Assembly (NCBI RefSeq): GCF_036365525.1
Contig: NW_027142279.1
Location: 434,001 to 498,000, forward strand
Length of the DNA: 64,000 nucleotides
Direction of reading: 5' to 3'
Origin: Heterodontus francisci
Taxonomy: Eukaryota
The first letter of the stretch is position 1, and every line of letters begins with the position of its first letter. The notes beneath the pieces are model-generated. The model saw nothing but the letters and a program-made list of their open reading frames with translations. It was not told where the DNA came from and made no database searches. Position numbers and translations under genes: made by a program. Positions 35,621 through 48,611 of the stretch are shown one piece after another.

Positions 35621-36289
35621 CACAGTGTTACACTCCCATTACAAAACTATTACCCTCCAGACAACCAATTGCACCAGGAGGCAGCCATTCAGCCCCTCTA
35701 TCCCGTTCCTTCATTCAAAGGCTGATCTGTACCTCACCTCATTTACCAACCTGAGGTCAATATCCCTCGATAACCTCCCCAAACAAAGTTATTTCCATCT
35801 CAGCTTTGTAAGGTTTAATTGCCCTCCAGGATAAACAGCTTTTTGTGGAGGAGGGAGTTCCAGACATCTGTTACAATCAATTATTATCATGTACTTTACT
35901 ATAGATTCCTCCACGAGAGGTGAATTCAAAGGGTTTGCCATCAAAATATTCTAGGTTAGACATCCCAGTACGGCTTTAGTTTCACATAAAAAGCTACAAT
36001 GAGATTCTCGATATTCCCATTGATAACTAGAATAATGGAGAGTTGTGGGCAATTACATAATATAACAATAGACCAACAAATGGCGTTATCAAGTTTGACT
36101 ATCCCAGTGGATAGTGAATGGAACAATTTAACAATAGTGTTACTCTAAAAGAGAAGCAAATGAATTTCTTCTAAAGGCAGGCTGGACATTGGGTCAAATC
36201 ATTAACTAAACCCTCTCCACTCCCCATTGGAGGCAACCTAATAGTAATTAACCTGTAAAATGAATACAATGCTGAAACCGTTCACCTAC

Positions 36290-36340
36290 CGAAAACTACT
36301 AACTTGGTCCCATCGCCAAAAGTACAATCGTAGTTATTTG
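36290..36340 (-). pseudogene. TRBJ: J with defective heptamer, NNYDCTFGDGTKLVVF
   Basis: Heptamer AGCAGTG 36341 (CAC lost), 12-nt spacer, GTTAAAACT; GTAGGT donor. Confidence 0.8.
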
Positions 36341-36847
36341 AGCAGTGATGCCTGTCAGTGTTAAAACTCCCATCTAGTTAGAAATGCTAAAATGCACCGT
36401 CTTCGAAATGATGTACTCAAATTGTAGATTTACATACTATTAATGTGTGATGTAAAGACAGCGGCAATGCACCCTAGATATTGGACAGGAGAACCAAAGG
36501 TAAGTTATAGGGCCTGGTGGAGGTGACAGAGACAGCGAGATTTGTCGGGATTGGAGGATGTTACAGGGATAAGGAGAGTTATAGAGGTTGGAGGCGGTTA
36601 CAGGGATAGGGAGGTTTGTAGTGGCTGGAGGACGTTACAGGGACAGGGAGACAGAGAGGCCTTGGGTTGAGTTGAAAACAAATGTGAAAGCACTTAAACC
36701 AAGATATTGCAGGTCCGGCTGCCAATATAAATCGGCGAGGTGATTCTGTGACCGAGAACATGATGTATTTTAGAGCATCTAATTTCGTCTGAGAATCTCA
36801 AGGATCCTCATTAACGAAAACAACAAAAGCTTCAGTTCTGTGCTCAC

Positions 36848-36900
36848 CTAAAACAATCAATTTTGTCCCGTCACAGAAGTAATACAGAGTATTTCCTGTA
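36848..36900 (-). other. TRBJ: J segment with non-canonical motif, TGNTLYYFCDGTKLIVL
   Basis: 12-RSS CACAATG 36901, AGTATAACT 36920; GTGAGC donor; FCDG replaces FGDG. Confidence 0.85.
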
Positions 36901-37956
36901 CACAATGTTACATGACAATAGTATAACTACAGGTCGAAGAGCAATGAAGCTGGTGCACTGATGCAAAACCTCACACAGAATGCACTGGAGATTTGACTCT
37001 TTATGTCAAGGGCATTATAATGTTAATTAGAAAATCATTGTGAGGAATAGAAAGGGAAGTTCGTTACTCAGATAGTGGTAATAATGTGGAATGCACTACC
37101 ACAGGGAATGGGTTGAGATGAATTGTGGAGATGCTTTCAAGGAGTAAGTTGGAAAAAGACATGGGAGAGAAAGGAATAGAAGATTAGATGAAGTATGGGT
37201 GAGAGGAGGCTCGTGTGCAGTTTCACCACTGGCTTGCTTACACACTGTAAATTCTATATAATTAAATGTAATAATGATGTTTTATTTCACTCATTCTGGG
37301 GGAAGAATTATGACAGCATTTTTTGGAAACAAATAATCTGCCCTCTGAGAAAACGGTTCACAAATCTACAACTCCCTCCCTGACAGGACTGTGGAAAGAC
37401 CTACACCCCATTGAGTACAGGGGCGATGGTTGCAAAGTGATAATGTTACTGTGCTAGTAATGTTCTGGTTCAAATCCCGAGGGTAGCTCGAGGAATTTAT
37501 CTTCAACTGATAAATGAAAGTCTGGTTTAACTGCATGAAACTATCGTCAATTGTCAGAAAACCCCGCCTGTTGTCACATAAGTGACTTCAGACTTCAGTT
37601 GACTCTCAACTGCCTTCTGATTCAGCAAACCATCCAGTCCAAGAGCAATTCGGGTTGGGCAACTAATCTTGGCCTTGTCAGCGACGCCCATATCTGATGA
37701 AAAAAAATGAGCTAGCAAACCACTCAGAGGGCAATTAGGGATGGGCAATACATTCTGGTCCACATGCCACGAACGAATCACAAAAATGTCTTTCCCTGTG
37801 CATCTTAGTATTTTCCATGTATTCTGGCTTTTATGCACATTGGAAATGCTGCCTGAAATTTTTTTGTTATTTGTCAATGCAGCATTTCAGTTGCAAACTG
37901 AAACTCAGAAACAGCGTGAGCTACAATCATTTTTTTTCAAAGAGCGTCCAACTCAC

Positions 37957-38009
37957 CCAACACAGTCAGTTTAGTCCCGTCGCCAAAGAAATACTCGGAG
38001 CTTCCAGAA
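37957..38009 (-). CDS. TRBJ: J segment SGSSEYFFGDGTKLTVL
   Basis: 12-RSS CACAGTG 38010, TACTAAACT 38029; GTGAGT donor. Confidence 0.93.
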
Positions 38010-38321
38010 CACAGTGTTTCAGCCCTGTTACTAAACTATACTGGTCTCCGAAATGTTGCCGAATATTTGAGTGAATAATACAGCTCTTGTTTGTTTGTCC
38101 ATAGTAAGCTAAATGGGAGAAATTTTCCCTTCTTTCAACACGAAGACAGTTCAAGAATCAGTCTTTCTCCCCCTCTCTCTCTCTGTCCCTGTTTGGGCGC
38201 GACCATATTTTAAATGCATTGGAAAAATGTCTTTCACCAATGAACCCGGAGCCTTAAACCTCTTTCCAACCATTTCAGACAACGTGCATTCTCAGAGTTG
38301 GTCTAACATTCCTGGACTCAC

Positions 38322-38371
38322 CTGTCACAAGTAACTTGGTGCCGCCACCGAAGTAATATTGATAGCCAGAA
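38322..38371 (-). CDS. TRBJ: J segment SGYQYYFGGGTKLLVT
   Basis: 12-RSS CACAGTG 38372, AACAAAACC 38391; GTGAGT donor. Confidence 0.95.
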
Positions 38372-38524
38372 CACAGTGAGAGACCCTTGTAACAAAACCT
38401 CATAAGGCAAGGTGCAGGTCTTGCCGATATCATACTTGGACCCTGTCCTCGAAAGCGTTTGTAGATCACATCTCCTTAATTTATATATCTCCTAATTTAC
38501 ATTTGTGGCTCAATGAACAAGCTC

Positions 38525-39080
38525 ATAGAATCATAGAAATATGCAGCGCAGAAGGGGAGACCATTCGGCCCGAAGGTCCTGTGCTGACTTTATGAAAGAG
38601 TTTTCCCATAGTCCAGTATATTTCCCTTCGAGTATCTATCCAATTCCCATTTTGAAAGTCACGACTGAACCAACTTCCACCACCATTTCAGATGTGCCTT
38701 CCCGATCACAGTAACTACCTCTGTGGGAGAATGTCTCTTCATCCCGCCTCTGGTCCTTTTTGTTAATTGCCTCAAAACCTGTGTCCTCTGGTTACCGACC
38801 CTTCTACCAATGGAGACTGTTTCTGATTATTAACTCGATCCAAAACCTTCATTAATTTGAACACCTCTTTTCAATCTCCCTTTAACCTTCTCTGTTTGAA
38901 GGAGAACAAGCCCAGGTTCTCCAGTCTCTGCAACTATCTGAGGTCCCTCATCTCTGGTACAATTCTGGTGAATCATTTCTGCTCCCAATCTAAGGCCTCG
39001 ACATCCTTCATAAAGTGTGGTACCGAGAACCGAACACAATACTCCAGCTGGGACCGAACCAGTGATTTGTAAATGTTAAT
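38525..39080 (-). mobile_element. CR1-type LINE 3' fragment (paralogous copy near 47720-48140)
   Basis: Reverse complement of the CR1 ORF2 end and tail (cctttaaccttctctgtttgaaggagaacaagcccagg). Confidence 0.8.
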
Positions 39081-39446
39081 CCTCACTTCCTTACTCAACT
39101 CCTCGTGAATCTTTAATCAATGATGGTGCGTTCCAGAATCATCAACTGGTCATTTCAAACATCTTGTCTCTTTTTTTAACCTAGCTCTCTCTCTATCTCA
39201 CTCCTCGCATTAAACCGATAGAGTAACATTAGGGGCAGTGGTAGGCCATTCAGAGTCTGCTTTTTCAGATAGCTATCACTTGTTGATTTCCACACACACA
39301 ATCGGTCATTGTTAAGAAACGGATGTCACCTGAATAGGAAATATGATTAGTGTTATCTTCATATATTAATCTTGTAAATTTCAATCAGACTATACCATAT
39401 CAGACCGTGCGGAATGATTCTCACTGACGCCACGTTCATCAGTTAC

Positions 39447-39485
39447 CTAAAACCATGAGGTTTGTTACACAGTTGTAACAAAGCG
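39447..39485 (-). pseudogene. TRBJ: Internally deleted J remnant, paralogue of the J at 48560
   Basis: ttacctaaaaccatgagg joined directly to tgttacacagttgtaaca; about 40 nt including FGxG and most of the heptamer are missing relative to 48554-48639. Confidence 0.7.
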
Positions 39486-39890
39486 AGGGAATCTTTAACT
39501 CTCTACACGCCGGTTAATTAAGCATAGTTGCATCATTTTGTATTGGGTGGCATTTATTACCCCGCCCTTTCCCTCTTTACCTCTTTTTGTCATTTCTTTT
39601 GTCTTTGTCTCTACCTCTCCCAACTTTTTCTCTCTAATTCTCCGTCCCCTTTTGCCTGCATTTTGCTCCCAATCTGTCTCTCTGTAGATATGGTTTGCCT
39701 CCCTAACCTTCCTCCATTTCCACCTGGCCATTCCCCTATGTTTATTTGTTTTAACTGTTGCTTCGTTACTCTTTGTTTTTTTCTAAAGTTTACGTTCTCT
39801 CCCCTTTCTTCAAACTGACGGGAGCAAACCGGCCGACAGTTTTAATACTTACTGAGACCACTGATATGTTTCAACAAATATCTCACTCAC

Positions 39891-39948
39891 CCAGGACTGT
39901 TAACTTAGTGCCGTCTCCAAAATATGATAGCTGGGTATTTCCTGCACC
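39891..39948 (-). CDS. TRBJ: J segment GAGNTQLSYFGDGTKLTVL
   Basis: 12-RSS CACATCA 39949, ACGAAAACA 39968; GTGAGT donor. Confidence 0.9.
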
Positions 39949-40498
39949 CACATCATCATGTGACAACACGAAAACATTCCTCAATAGCGCCCTGCCAGTT
40001 TTCAGTGTCCATCTCATTAATATTTGATATTGCCCTTTGACTAACATGAGCTGACCATACAACAAAGTACACGCATAAAATAACCGGGTGGGGAGGTGGG
40101 GGAGAGGGGGCTTGACCATTAAAGCTAGCAACATTCACAGTACCGTCTATCCATCCATCTGTGAATATGTTAGATGTCCACAGATACAGTGCTTATAATA
40201 CTGGAAGATTTTACATGGAGTTGTTCATAATTATTAATTAACTTCTACACACAAGTTGGGGACCAGATAGCTCAGGTGCCGAACGTGCCAGTTAGAAAAA
40301 TGCTTACAGAACGGATTCATTTCTCACCGTGTCTGGGGAAGGCAAGGGGAAGCCTCCTCATAGACACTCCTCCCCATTCATGCTCCTCTCTCCTGCTGGA
40401 GAAAAGGAGCAGAGAGCCAGTACATCAGATGACCACCAGCCTGCACAGACAAGATGAACCCAGCATCCCTGGCTTCATTGAATGAAGGTCTCACTCAC

Positions 40499-40555
40499 CC
40501 AATACTGTTAGAGCCGAACCTTCTCCAAAATGTAAAGGCTGGTCGCTCCCGCCTG
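40499..40555 (-). CDS. TRBJ: J segment GGSDQPLHFGEGSALTVL
   Basis: 12-RSS CACTATG 40556, ACCAAAACA 40575; GTGAGT donor. Confidence 0.9.
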
Positions 40556-40710
40556 CACTATGCTAAACAACATTACCAAAACACACCTTTGGATAGACCG
40601 ATACACCGACAGAAAAGTAGCTACGTAGATCGATAAACATAAAGATGGATACACAGACCGATACATTATGGATGATGGAACAATAGATGTTTATATAGAC
40701 GGTAACGTAC

Positions 40711-40760
40711 CTAAAACAGTTAACTTGGTACCAGCTCCGAAGTAGTAAATATCAGAAGAG
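40711..40760 (-). CDS. TRBJ: J segment SSDIYYFGAGTKLTVL
   Basis: 12-RSS CACAAAG 40761, ATCAAAACC 40780; GTACGT donor. Confidence 0.9.
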
Positions 40761-42296
40761 CACAAAGCTAAATCCCTGCATCAAAACCTCTCACCTCTCT
40801 CTGATTCTTGTCCTGAAGGAGCCTTTCACAACTAGAAAGAACCTACAGGAGTATTGGCACAAAGGAACATAGAAATACAGTAGCTGGAGTAGGCCATTCA
40901 GCCCGTCGAGCTTGTTCTGACATTCAGTGAGGTCATGAATCATCTGTATTGTAACCCCATTAGCCTGTTTGTGTTCCAGACCCTTTTCCTAACAAGGCTC
41001 TATCATTCTCAGATTGGGAAGTGACAATTGACCCTGTGGCCTCAGCAGTTTCATAGGGGAGAGAGGCCCAGATTTCCACCACCGTTTGTTCAGTTATGTC
41101 CTTTCTGGCATCACCCCTGAACGGCCAAGCTTTGATGTTAAGCTAATGCTCCCCTCCACCCTCACCCTTGTTCTGGGCTCTGACACCCGTGTAAATTGCA
41201 GCTCTATCTACCCTATCGAATCCTCTCATTATCTTAAACACATCAGTTGGATCAATCCTTAATCTCCAATGCTCAACATCTCTAAGCAACCTGCCCCCAT
41301 AATTTAATCCCGGCATCATTCTGGTAAATGAGGAAAGATCATTCGCAATCGGCCCTGGACTTTCCGCTCACGTTTCCCAGGCCGTTCAATGTGCATTCAA
41401 CACCCAGTGTCCATTCACAAACAAAAAAATCCCCTTTGATACTTCTCATCCATTCAAACGCTTTAGGATAATGGGGAATACATCAAATCATATCGAGGAT
41501 TCAGCAGCGAACCAGACCATTCAGCCCACTACGTCCTAGCCGATTAAATGCTCCACATGATCCTTCTCACACCCTCTTCATCTCACCACATCCTTTTAAA
41601 AGGTCCTTTTATTCCTTTCTCCCCCATATGTTTATCCAGCTTCCCTCTTAAATACATCTCTGCTATTCGCCTCAGCCCACTCCCTGTGGTAGTGAGTTCC
41701 ACATTCTCGCCACTCTCTGGTTGAAAAGGCTTCTCCTGAATTCCATATTTGATTTATTAGTGACTGTCTTATATTGATGGTCCCCTGGTTCTGGTCTCCT
41801 CAACAAGTGGAATCATCTTGCCTCTGTCATAATCATAAAGACCTCGATCAGGTTATCCCCTCTGCCTTCTCTTTTCTGGAGAAAACACCACCAGCCTCTT
41901 CATTCTTGACCTGTGGTTATATCCTCTCAATTTTGGGAGCACACTTGTAAATATGTTTTGTTTTGCTCTATCCAGAGCCTCTGCTTTTTTAATCATATGC
42001 AGTTCATAACGGCATACTGAAGAATTGAATCTGACAGTTTTCGTTCTGTGTCTGTGTCCTCTTGTTTTGTTCTCATTTGCAGCTGCATTGCTGTTTGTAC
42101 TGTTTATTTTAGAGACCCTCCCTTATGTCCCCACTCAAACCCCTTTCCAAATGAATTCAGCAGTTGTAGGTCTCCCTTTGTAAGCCCAAGAGTCGAAGTT
42201 AATTCACCGAATTCCTAAATATTCACTCCCACAACCACCCCACGTGAATTCCCGAATTGAATCAACTTTTCCAGTGTTTGGAAGGCATTCACTCAC

Positions 42297-42346
42297 CTAA
42301 AACCACCAGTTTGGTACCATCACCGAAATATGCTTCTCCAACGTTA
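42297..42346 (-). CDS. TRBJ: J segment NVGEAYFGDGTKLVVL
   Basis: 12-RSS CACAATG 42347, CGCAAAATC 42366; GTGAGT donor. Confidence 0.93.
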
Positions 42347-42937
42347 CACAATGGTATGGGGCTGTCGCAAAATCCCCCTCAAGTCTAGATTGTTCAGTCT
42401 GTTCCATTGAAGTTCGGACTGTGTCAATGGCCCGTAAAGGGTGTTGGAACAGGGGGACAGGAGGTGGCCGTTCAGCCCTTCTAGCCTGTTCCACCATTCA
42501 ATTAGATCAGTGTTGATCTGAATCTTAACTCCATCATCCCACCTTGGTTCTGTAACCCTCAATACTTCTGTTTAACAAAACTCTAACAATCTTGGATTTG
42601 AACTTATCAATTGACCACCAGTCTCAACAGTATTTTATTTTGTTGTGGGGGTGCGGGGAGAGTTCCTGATATCACCCCTGAACGGCTCGAATTTCAATTG
42701 TTCTGGACTCCCCCCAACCTGAAGAAGCAGTTTCTCTCTATCTATCCAACACCTCAAGCACCTCGATTATATCAGCCCTTTAATGATCTATATTCAAGGG
42801 ACTGTCAGCTTAGTTTGAGTAACCAGTCCTCATGATTTAACCCCTTTCTGCATCTAATATCTGAACTTACTCCCCGCGATTTTTTAACCGCATATAGACC
42901 TAGATGTTGATCTGATAGGAAGAACAGAGTCCCTTAC

Positions 42938-42985
42938 CGAAAACTGTTAACTTGGTCCCGTCGCCGAAGTAAGCTATGCTTCCTG
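42938..42985 (-). CDS. TRBJ: J segment GSIAYFGDGTKLTVF
   Basis: 12-RSS CACAATG 42986, TCATGAACA 43005; GTAAGG donor. Confidence 0.9.
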
Positions 42986-43341
42986 CACAATGGTCTAAAC
43001 CAAGTCATGAACAGGCCCGGGAACTGTTCCTCTTGCAACTGAACGGGTCTGTGCCGGGCGGTTTACCGTGGAACACATCACCAAGCGGGTGTCCCGTTGG
43101 ACTGGTCTTTGCGAACCAGAAGGAAGGGCCAGTGTCGTCCAGGGGAGAGAAACACCGCGCCAAAGTGACAAACAGACGCTTGTGGCAGGAGGGAAATTAG
43201 GCGCAATTCTCGGCGGTCATGAGACAGATCTAACCGGCTGCCTAACTCGTTAAACTGTCCGGGGAGGAGGGGGGGCAGTAAGCTTGGAATGCACACAGCT
43301 AGACATGAAGGTAGAGAGAACAAAAGACCCCTTTATCTTAC

Positions 43342-43392
43342 CTAACACCGTCAGTTTGGTGCCGGTCCCGAAATTGAGTGGTGCTGTTGTAG
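43342..43392 (-). CDS. TRBJ: J segment TTAPLNFGTGTKLTVL
   Basis: 12-RSS CACATCA 43393, GCACGAACC 43412; GTAAGA donor. Confidence 0.88.
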
Positions 43393-43945
43393 CACATCAG
43401 CAAATCATGTTGCACGAACCCAGTGGAAAACAGTCTGCTAAAAGTGACCTGCTCAGCGTTTAGGAAGCACTGGTCAAGACAATCAGGACACACAAAGCAG
43501 CTTACAGCCAATGAAGCAGTTTGTTTATGAAGTGGTCACCACAGGGAGACAGAGCAACTGATGTTGTACCAAGGAAGTCCCATCAAACAGCAGTGAGATT
43601 AATGAGTAGATCATTGTGATGTTGGTTGAGGGATCAATATTGGTCCCCGTACACCGGGGTGGTGTTTCAGGGGTTGAAGAGTAACAGGTTTTCACACAAA
43701 TAACACACAGTTATTCTCTTTTCCAGAGGAATGCTCTACGTTATAAAGCTGGACCATTCTGAGGCATCTACAAGATTGAAAGTGCCCAGCTCCCGCCATA
43801 ATCCAGAGGAGATGTTTATTCGTTTACTCTGTTGCCACTGCTCTTCTGCTAATCTTCCTCGAGGTATGCAGAAGTTAAGCCATGATCATTGAGGTGTGTA
43901 GAGCGAGGTTTTTGTACGGAGGCTGCATTGGATTCTATCACAGTG

Positions 43946-43958
43946 TCCCCCCTGTCCC
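43946..43958 (-). other. TRBD: D2 segment GGGACAGGGGGGA
   Basis: 5' 12-RSS (heptamer 43959-43965, ACAAAAAAG 43978-43986) and 3' 23-RSS (heptamer 43939-43945, perfect nonamer 43907-43915); matches the conserved D-beta core GGGACAGGGGG; open in all three frames. Confidence 0.97.
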
Positions 43959-45585
43959 CACGGTGATAGACACTCATACAAAAAAGAACGCGAATTTTGC
44001 AAGGCCCTGCTTCTTCAAAGACTCCCGAGGGCTTCACTTGGTGAAGTCAGTTTAGATTGAGCTGCTGAAAGTTTTTTAGTCCTTTGGACCATAATTAAAG
44101 GCCGTTCATTCCGTCTCAAAACTGTTAGCAGGAACAGGAGGTGGCCATTCCGCCCCTTCTCAGCCTGCTACACAGGTGCAGCAAGAGGCCATTCAGCCCC
44201 TCTAGACCTTGTTACACAGGAAGAAGAGGAGGCCCATTCAGCCCCTCTTGAGCTGCTTACACAGTAACAGGCCCATTCATCCACTCANNNNNNNNNNNNN
44301 NNNNNNNNNNNNNNNNNNNNNNNNNNNNNNNNNNNNNNNNNNNNNNNNNNNNNNNNNNNNNNNNNNNNNNNNNNNNNNNNNNNNNNNNNNNNNNNNNNNN
44401 NNNNNNNNNNNNNNNNNNNNNNNNNGCACCTCTTCTCCCCTTCCCCCTCCCCCATCCCTTACCCGCTTCATGATCCGCATTCTCTCTTGTACAACGTGCA
44501 GGACCTCAGGACATACCGGCCACGGGACCTCAAACAGAAGCCACTTACTCTAGACAGTAAATCGTTCACACTGCTATCTCTTATCTTATCACTCAGAGAG
44601 ACCCATGTTTGCCAAACTAGTGCAAGTTTCCCAGGTGTCGTGTTGATGTGTGCGGTGCTGTTATCATTCCTGCAGATCTCATTGCACACCAACCCCCATC
44701 GCCATGCACCTGACATCAGGGAGAAAGGAATAGAAGTTTAGATGGAGTAGGGTGGGGGTGGGGAGAGGAGGCTCGTGTTCAGTATCACCACTGGCTTGAT
44801 GACACATTTCTGGGGGGATTCGAGCAATGTTTGAAAATGAATAATCCGCCCTCTGAGAAAATGGGTCAAAAAAGGAACTCCTTCCTTAACAACACTGTGG
44901 AAATACCTAAAACACATTGAACGCAGGCGTGACGCCAGCAAAATGATAATGTTGCTGGGCTAGTAATCCTGCAGCCCGGGTTAGTGTTCTGGTTGTGTGA
45001 ATTCAAATGGCCTCAGATGGGATTTAAATTCAGCTGATTCATAAAAATCTGTCAGGGTGCCATGAAACTGTCGTCGATTGTCATAAAAACCCATCTACCA
45101 TCTTCTATGGGACTCCAAACCTGCAGCATGCAGTTGACTGTTAACTGCCCTCTGAAATTGCAAAGCACTCAGTTCAAGGGCAATTAGGGATGGGCAACAA
45201 ATGTTGGCCTTGCCATCGGTGCCCACATCCCATGACAAGAATAAAAACATGGCCTAACAAACCACTCAGAAGGCAATTATGGGTGGCCAATAAATGCATC
45301 CCAGCACGAATTAACAATGACTTTTCCTGTTCATTTTTGTCTGTATTTTGCTCCCCATCTGTGTCTCTCTGTATATGGTTGCCTCCCTAGCCTTCCTCCA
45401 TTCTCCACCTCGCCTTTCCTCTATGTTTAATTGTTTTAACCTTTGCTTCTTTACTGTAATGCTTACGGTTTATTTTTACAAATTTCATGTTCTCTCCCCT
45501 TTCTTCAAACGGAAGGGAGCAAACTGCCCAACAGTTTCAGTGCTGATTGAGCCCACTGATATATTTCGACCAATATTCTACTCAC

Positions 45586-45643
45586 CCAGGAACGTTAACT
45601 TCGTGGCATCTACAAAATATGATGGATGGTTACTTCCTGCTCC
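45586..45643 (-). pseudogene. TRBJ: Pseudo-J, GAGSNHPSYFVDATKLTFL
   Basis: FGDG changed to FVDA; heptamer CACATCA 45644 but nonamer deleted relative to the paralogue at 39891. Confidence 0.85.
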
Positions 45644-46164
45644 CACATCACCATGTCACAACATTCCTCAATAGCGTCCTGCTAATTTGCATTGTCCCTA
45701 TCATTAATATTTGATATGGGCCTTTGAGTGACACAGGCCAAAGTAAACTCATAAACTAACCGGGGTGTTTGGCAATTAAAACTATCAACATTCCCAATAC
45801 TGGCTTTCCATTAATGTATGGACCAGTTAGTCAGATGTCCACAGAAACAGCTCTGACAATACTGGACAATTTTACTTGGAGTTCGTCATAATTATTAAGT
45901 AAGTTGTGCATGCAAGATGGGGACCGAATAGTTCAGTTAGCTGGATGGCTCACGTGTGATTCAGAGCAATGTCAACAGCAGGGGTTCAGTTATCGTCTTG
46001 GTCAAACTAAAGAAATGGGAAACCGCCTTACCTACCTTTTTCCCTTGTCATTCTCATCTCTCCTGCTGGAGAAAAGGAGCAGAGATCCATGGACGGAACA
46101 TCTGCATGACACAGGCAATAGGAACCCAGCCATCCTGGCTTAATCGAATAAACATCTAACTCAC

Positions 46165-46221
46165 CCAAAACTGTTAGAGTCGAGCCTTCCCCAAAATGTA
46201 GAGGCTCGGCGTTCCCGCCTA
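46165..46221 (-). CDS. TRBJ: J segment GGNAEPLHFGEGSTLTVL
   Basis: 12-RSS CACTATA 46222, ACCAAAACA 46241; GTGAGT donor. Confidence 0.88.
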
Positions 46222-46379
46222 CACTATACTAAACAACAGTACCAAAACACAGCGTTGGGTAGACAGGTACAGCCTCAAGCAAGTAATGTATCGATATCTA
46301 AACACATGGATGGATGCACAGATACATGTGGAAAGATCGAACAATGGATATTTGCACATTTATGTAGATGGGATATTGC

Positions 46380-46421
46380 CTAAATCTTCGATCAGGTTCC
46401 GAGGTATTAATATCAGCAGAG
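46380..46421 (-). pseudogene. TRBJ: Decayed J remnant, paralogue of 40711 and 50022
   Basis: ttccgaggtattaatatcagcagagcaaaagctaactccctgaataaaacc aligns to 40736-40788 with deletions; donor and heptamer lost. Confidence 0.7.
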
Positions 46422-46949
46422 CAAAAGCTAACTCCCTGAATAAAACCTCTCACCTCTCTGTGGTTCTATCCCAAGAGAGCCTTTCACAACAATGGAGAAC
46501 ATACAAGTACAGGAATATTGGCTGACTGCAGCACAGGAGCGTAAATTGACTGTTCAGCCCTTCGAGTGGGTTCCGACATGCAAAAAGAACATGTATGTTA
46601 GTATCGTCAAGGTGGATGGACAGAAAGGTGCAGAGCTGAGTGGTTAAGTGCACAGCTCTCAATGGTGGATCGATGGAAATCGGACAGTCCAGAATTTCAG
46701 GATCACAAAGATCTCGGAGAGTTGTAGAGGCTGGAGGAGGTTACAGAGATAGGGAGTGTTGTAGAGGCTGGAGGAGGTTACAGACATAGGGAGGGTTGTA
46801 TGGGGCTGGAGGAGGTTGAGGCCATTTTTTTAACTCATTCATGGGATGTGGGCGTCACTGACAAGGCCAGCATTTGTTACCCATCCCTAGTTGCCCTTGA
46901 CAACTGCGTGGCTATTTCAGAAAGCAGTTACGAGTAAAGCAAAATAGTT

Positions 46950-47535
46950 AATAGGTAGAATGAGGTAGAAGTCGTGTTTCAGCTATACAGAGCCCTGGTT
47001 ACACCACATCTGGAGTTCCTCTGAGCATTTATGGGCACCAGACATTAGGAAAGATATGCTGGTCTTGGGGCAAGTGTAGTGTAGATTAAACAGACTGATT
47101 CTTGGACGCCAAGGGTTAAATTGCAAGGAAAGATTACACATTTCCTATTCTTTGGGAAAGAGAAGGTTAAAGGGTGGTTTGAGCAAAGTTTTCAAGATAT
47201 TAAGGGGAATGCATGATGTAGATAGAGAGAAACGATCTCCATTAGTTGTGCAGTCTAGATCTACGGGACAGAGTTTAAGAATTAGAGCCAAAACTTTTCA
47301 GGCATGAAATTAGAAAACATCTTTTCACATAAAGGATGGTAGAAGTTTGGAACGCTCTTCTGCTGGAACAATTGTCAATTTTCAATCTCAAATTGATAGA
47401 TTGTTGTTAACCACAGCTATTAAGGGATGATGGGGCAATGGGGGTAGATGGAGTTAGGTCACAGATCAGTCATGATCGCATTGATTGGCAGAACAGACTC
47501 GAGGGGCCGAATGGCCTACTCCTGCTCCTGTGTAC
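46950..47535 (+). mobile_element. CR1-type LINE 3' fragment
   Basis: ctatacagagccctggttacaccacatctggag through the tail aggggccgaatggcctactcctgctcct. Confidence 0.8.
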
Positions 47536-48559
47536 CAATGATCCTATATTCCTGTAACTTTTATTTAAACATAGAGTCAGCATTCTGCTTCAGTTAGAGT
47601 GTCCCAAATTCTGACAACTCTGAGTGAAAAGGAATCTAGTAATTGTCCTTGTAGATCTTTTGTCAATGATTTTAAATATCTGACCTTTGTTTATTGACCC
47701 ATCCACCAGTGGAAAGAATTTCCCCTTCAAGTATTTGTCCAGTCCCCCTTTTGAAAGTTACTATTGAGTCTGTTTCCACACCCTTTCAGGCAGCGCATTC
47801 CAGATAACAACACACCGCATAATTGTTTTATTCATCATATCACCCCTGTTTATTTCGTCAATTACCTTAACTCTGTGTCCTTTGCTGACCAACGAGCATT
47901 GGAAATTGTTTCTGAGCACGTACTGTGTCCAAAGCCTTCATTGCTTTGGACACCTCTGTCAAATCCCCCCTTACCTTTCTCTGCTCTAGTCTCTAGACGC
48001 AACTGAAGCCCCTCATCACTGGAACCAGTCGTATAAATCATTCGTGCAACCGCTCGAAGGCCTTGACATCCATCCTAACATGTGACACTCACAATTCTCC
48101 AGCTGGGACCCAACCAACGATTCATCGAGGTTCAGCTTAACTCCCTTGCTCAACTCCTCGTCAATCCTTCATCAACGAAGGTGCTTTCCAGCTTCCTAAA
48201 CTCTTTATTCTAAATCTATTGATCGGCAGGTATTTGTCCCTGTACCTCACTCCTATCATCAACTCGCATCACGCCGATTTAGCCACATTAGGGACTGGAT
48301 TAGGCCGTTCAACCTCTGATATCCAAGGTACTTATCACATGTCGATTTCCACATGCACAATACGTCTCTAGTTTGTTTCAGGAAATATTCCATATGGGGC
48401 TCGGAAGTAATGCATGGAGTCTGAACACGAATACAAGGTGTATGTTTATATATAAGGTCCTCAGATCCGCAACTAGGTTTGAATAATTTTAAATTTCAAC
48501 CAGACATCCCTCTGATTCCACTTTCCTTTGAAGAGCTAATTCGATTCTATATCACTTAC

Positions 48560-48611
48560 CTGAAACCATGAGTTTTGAACTGCCCCCAAAAGTATAACCA
48601 TCGTTGCCTGA
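48560..48611 (-). pseudogene. TRBJ: Defective J, SGNDGYTFGGSSKLMVS
   Basis: Heptamer CGCAATG 48612 lacks CAC; AACAGAACT nonamer; FGGS; GTAAGT donor. Confidence 0.8.
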
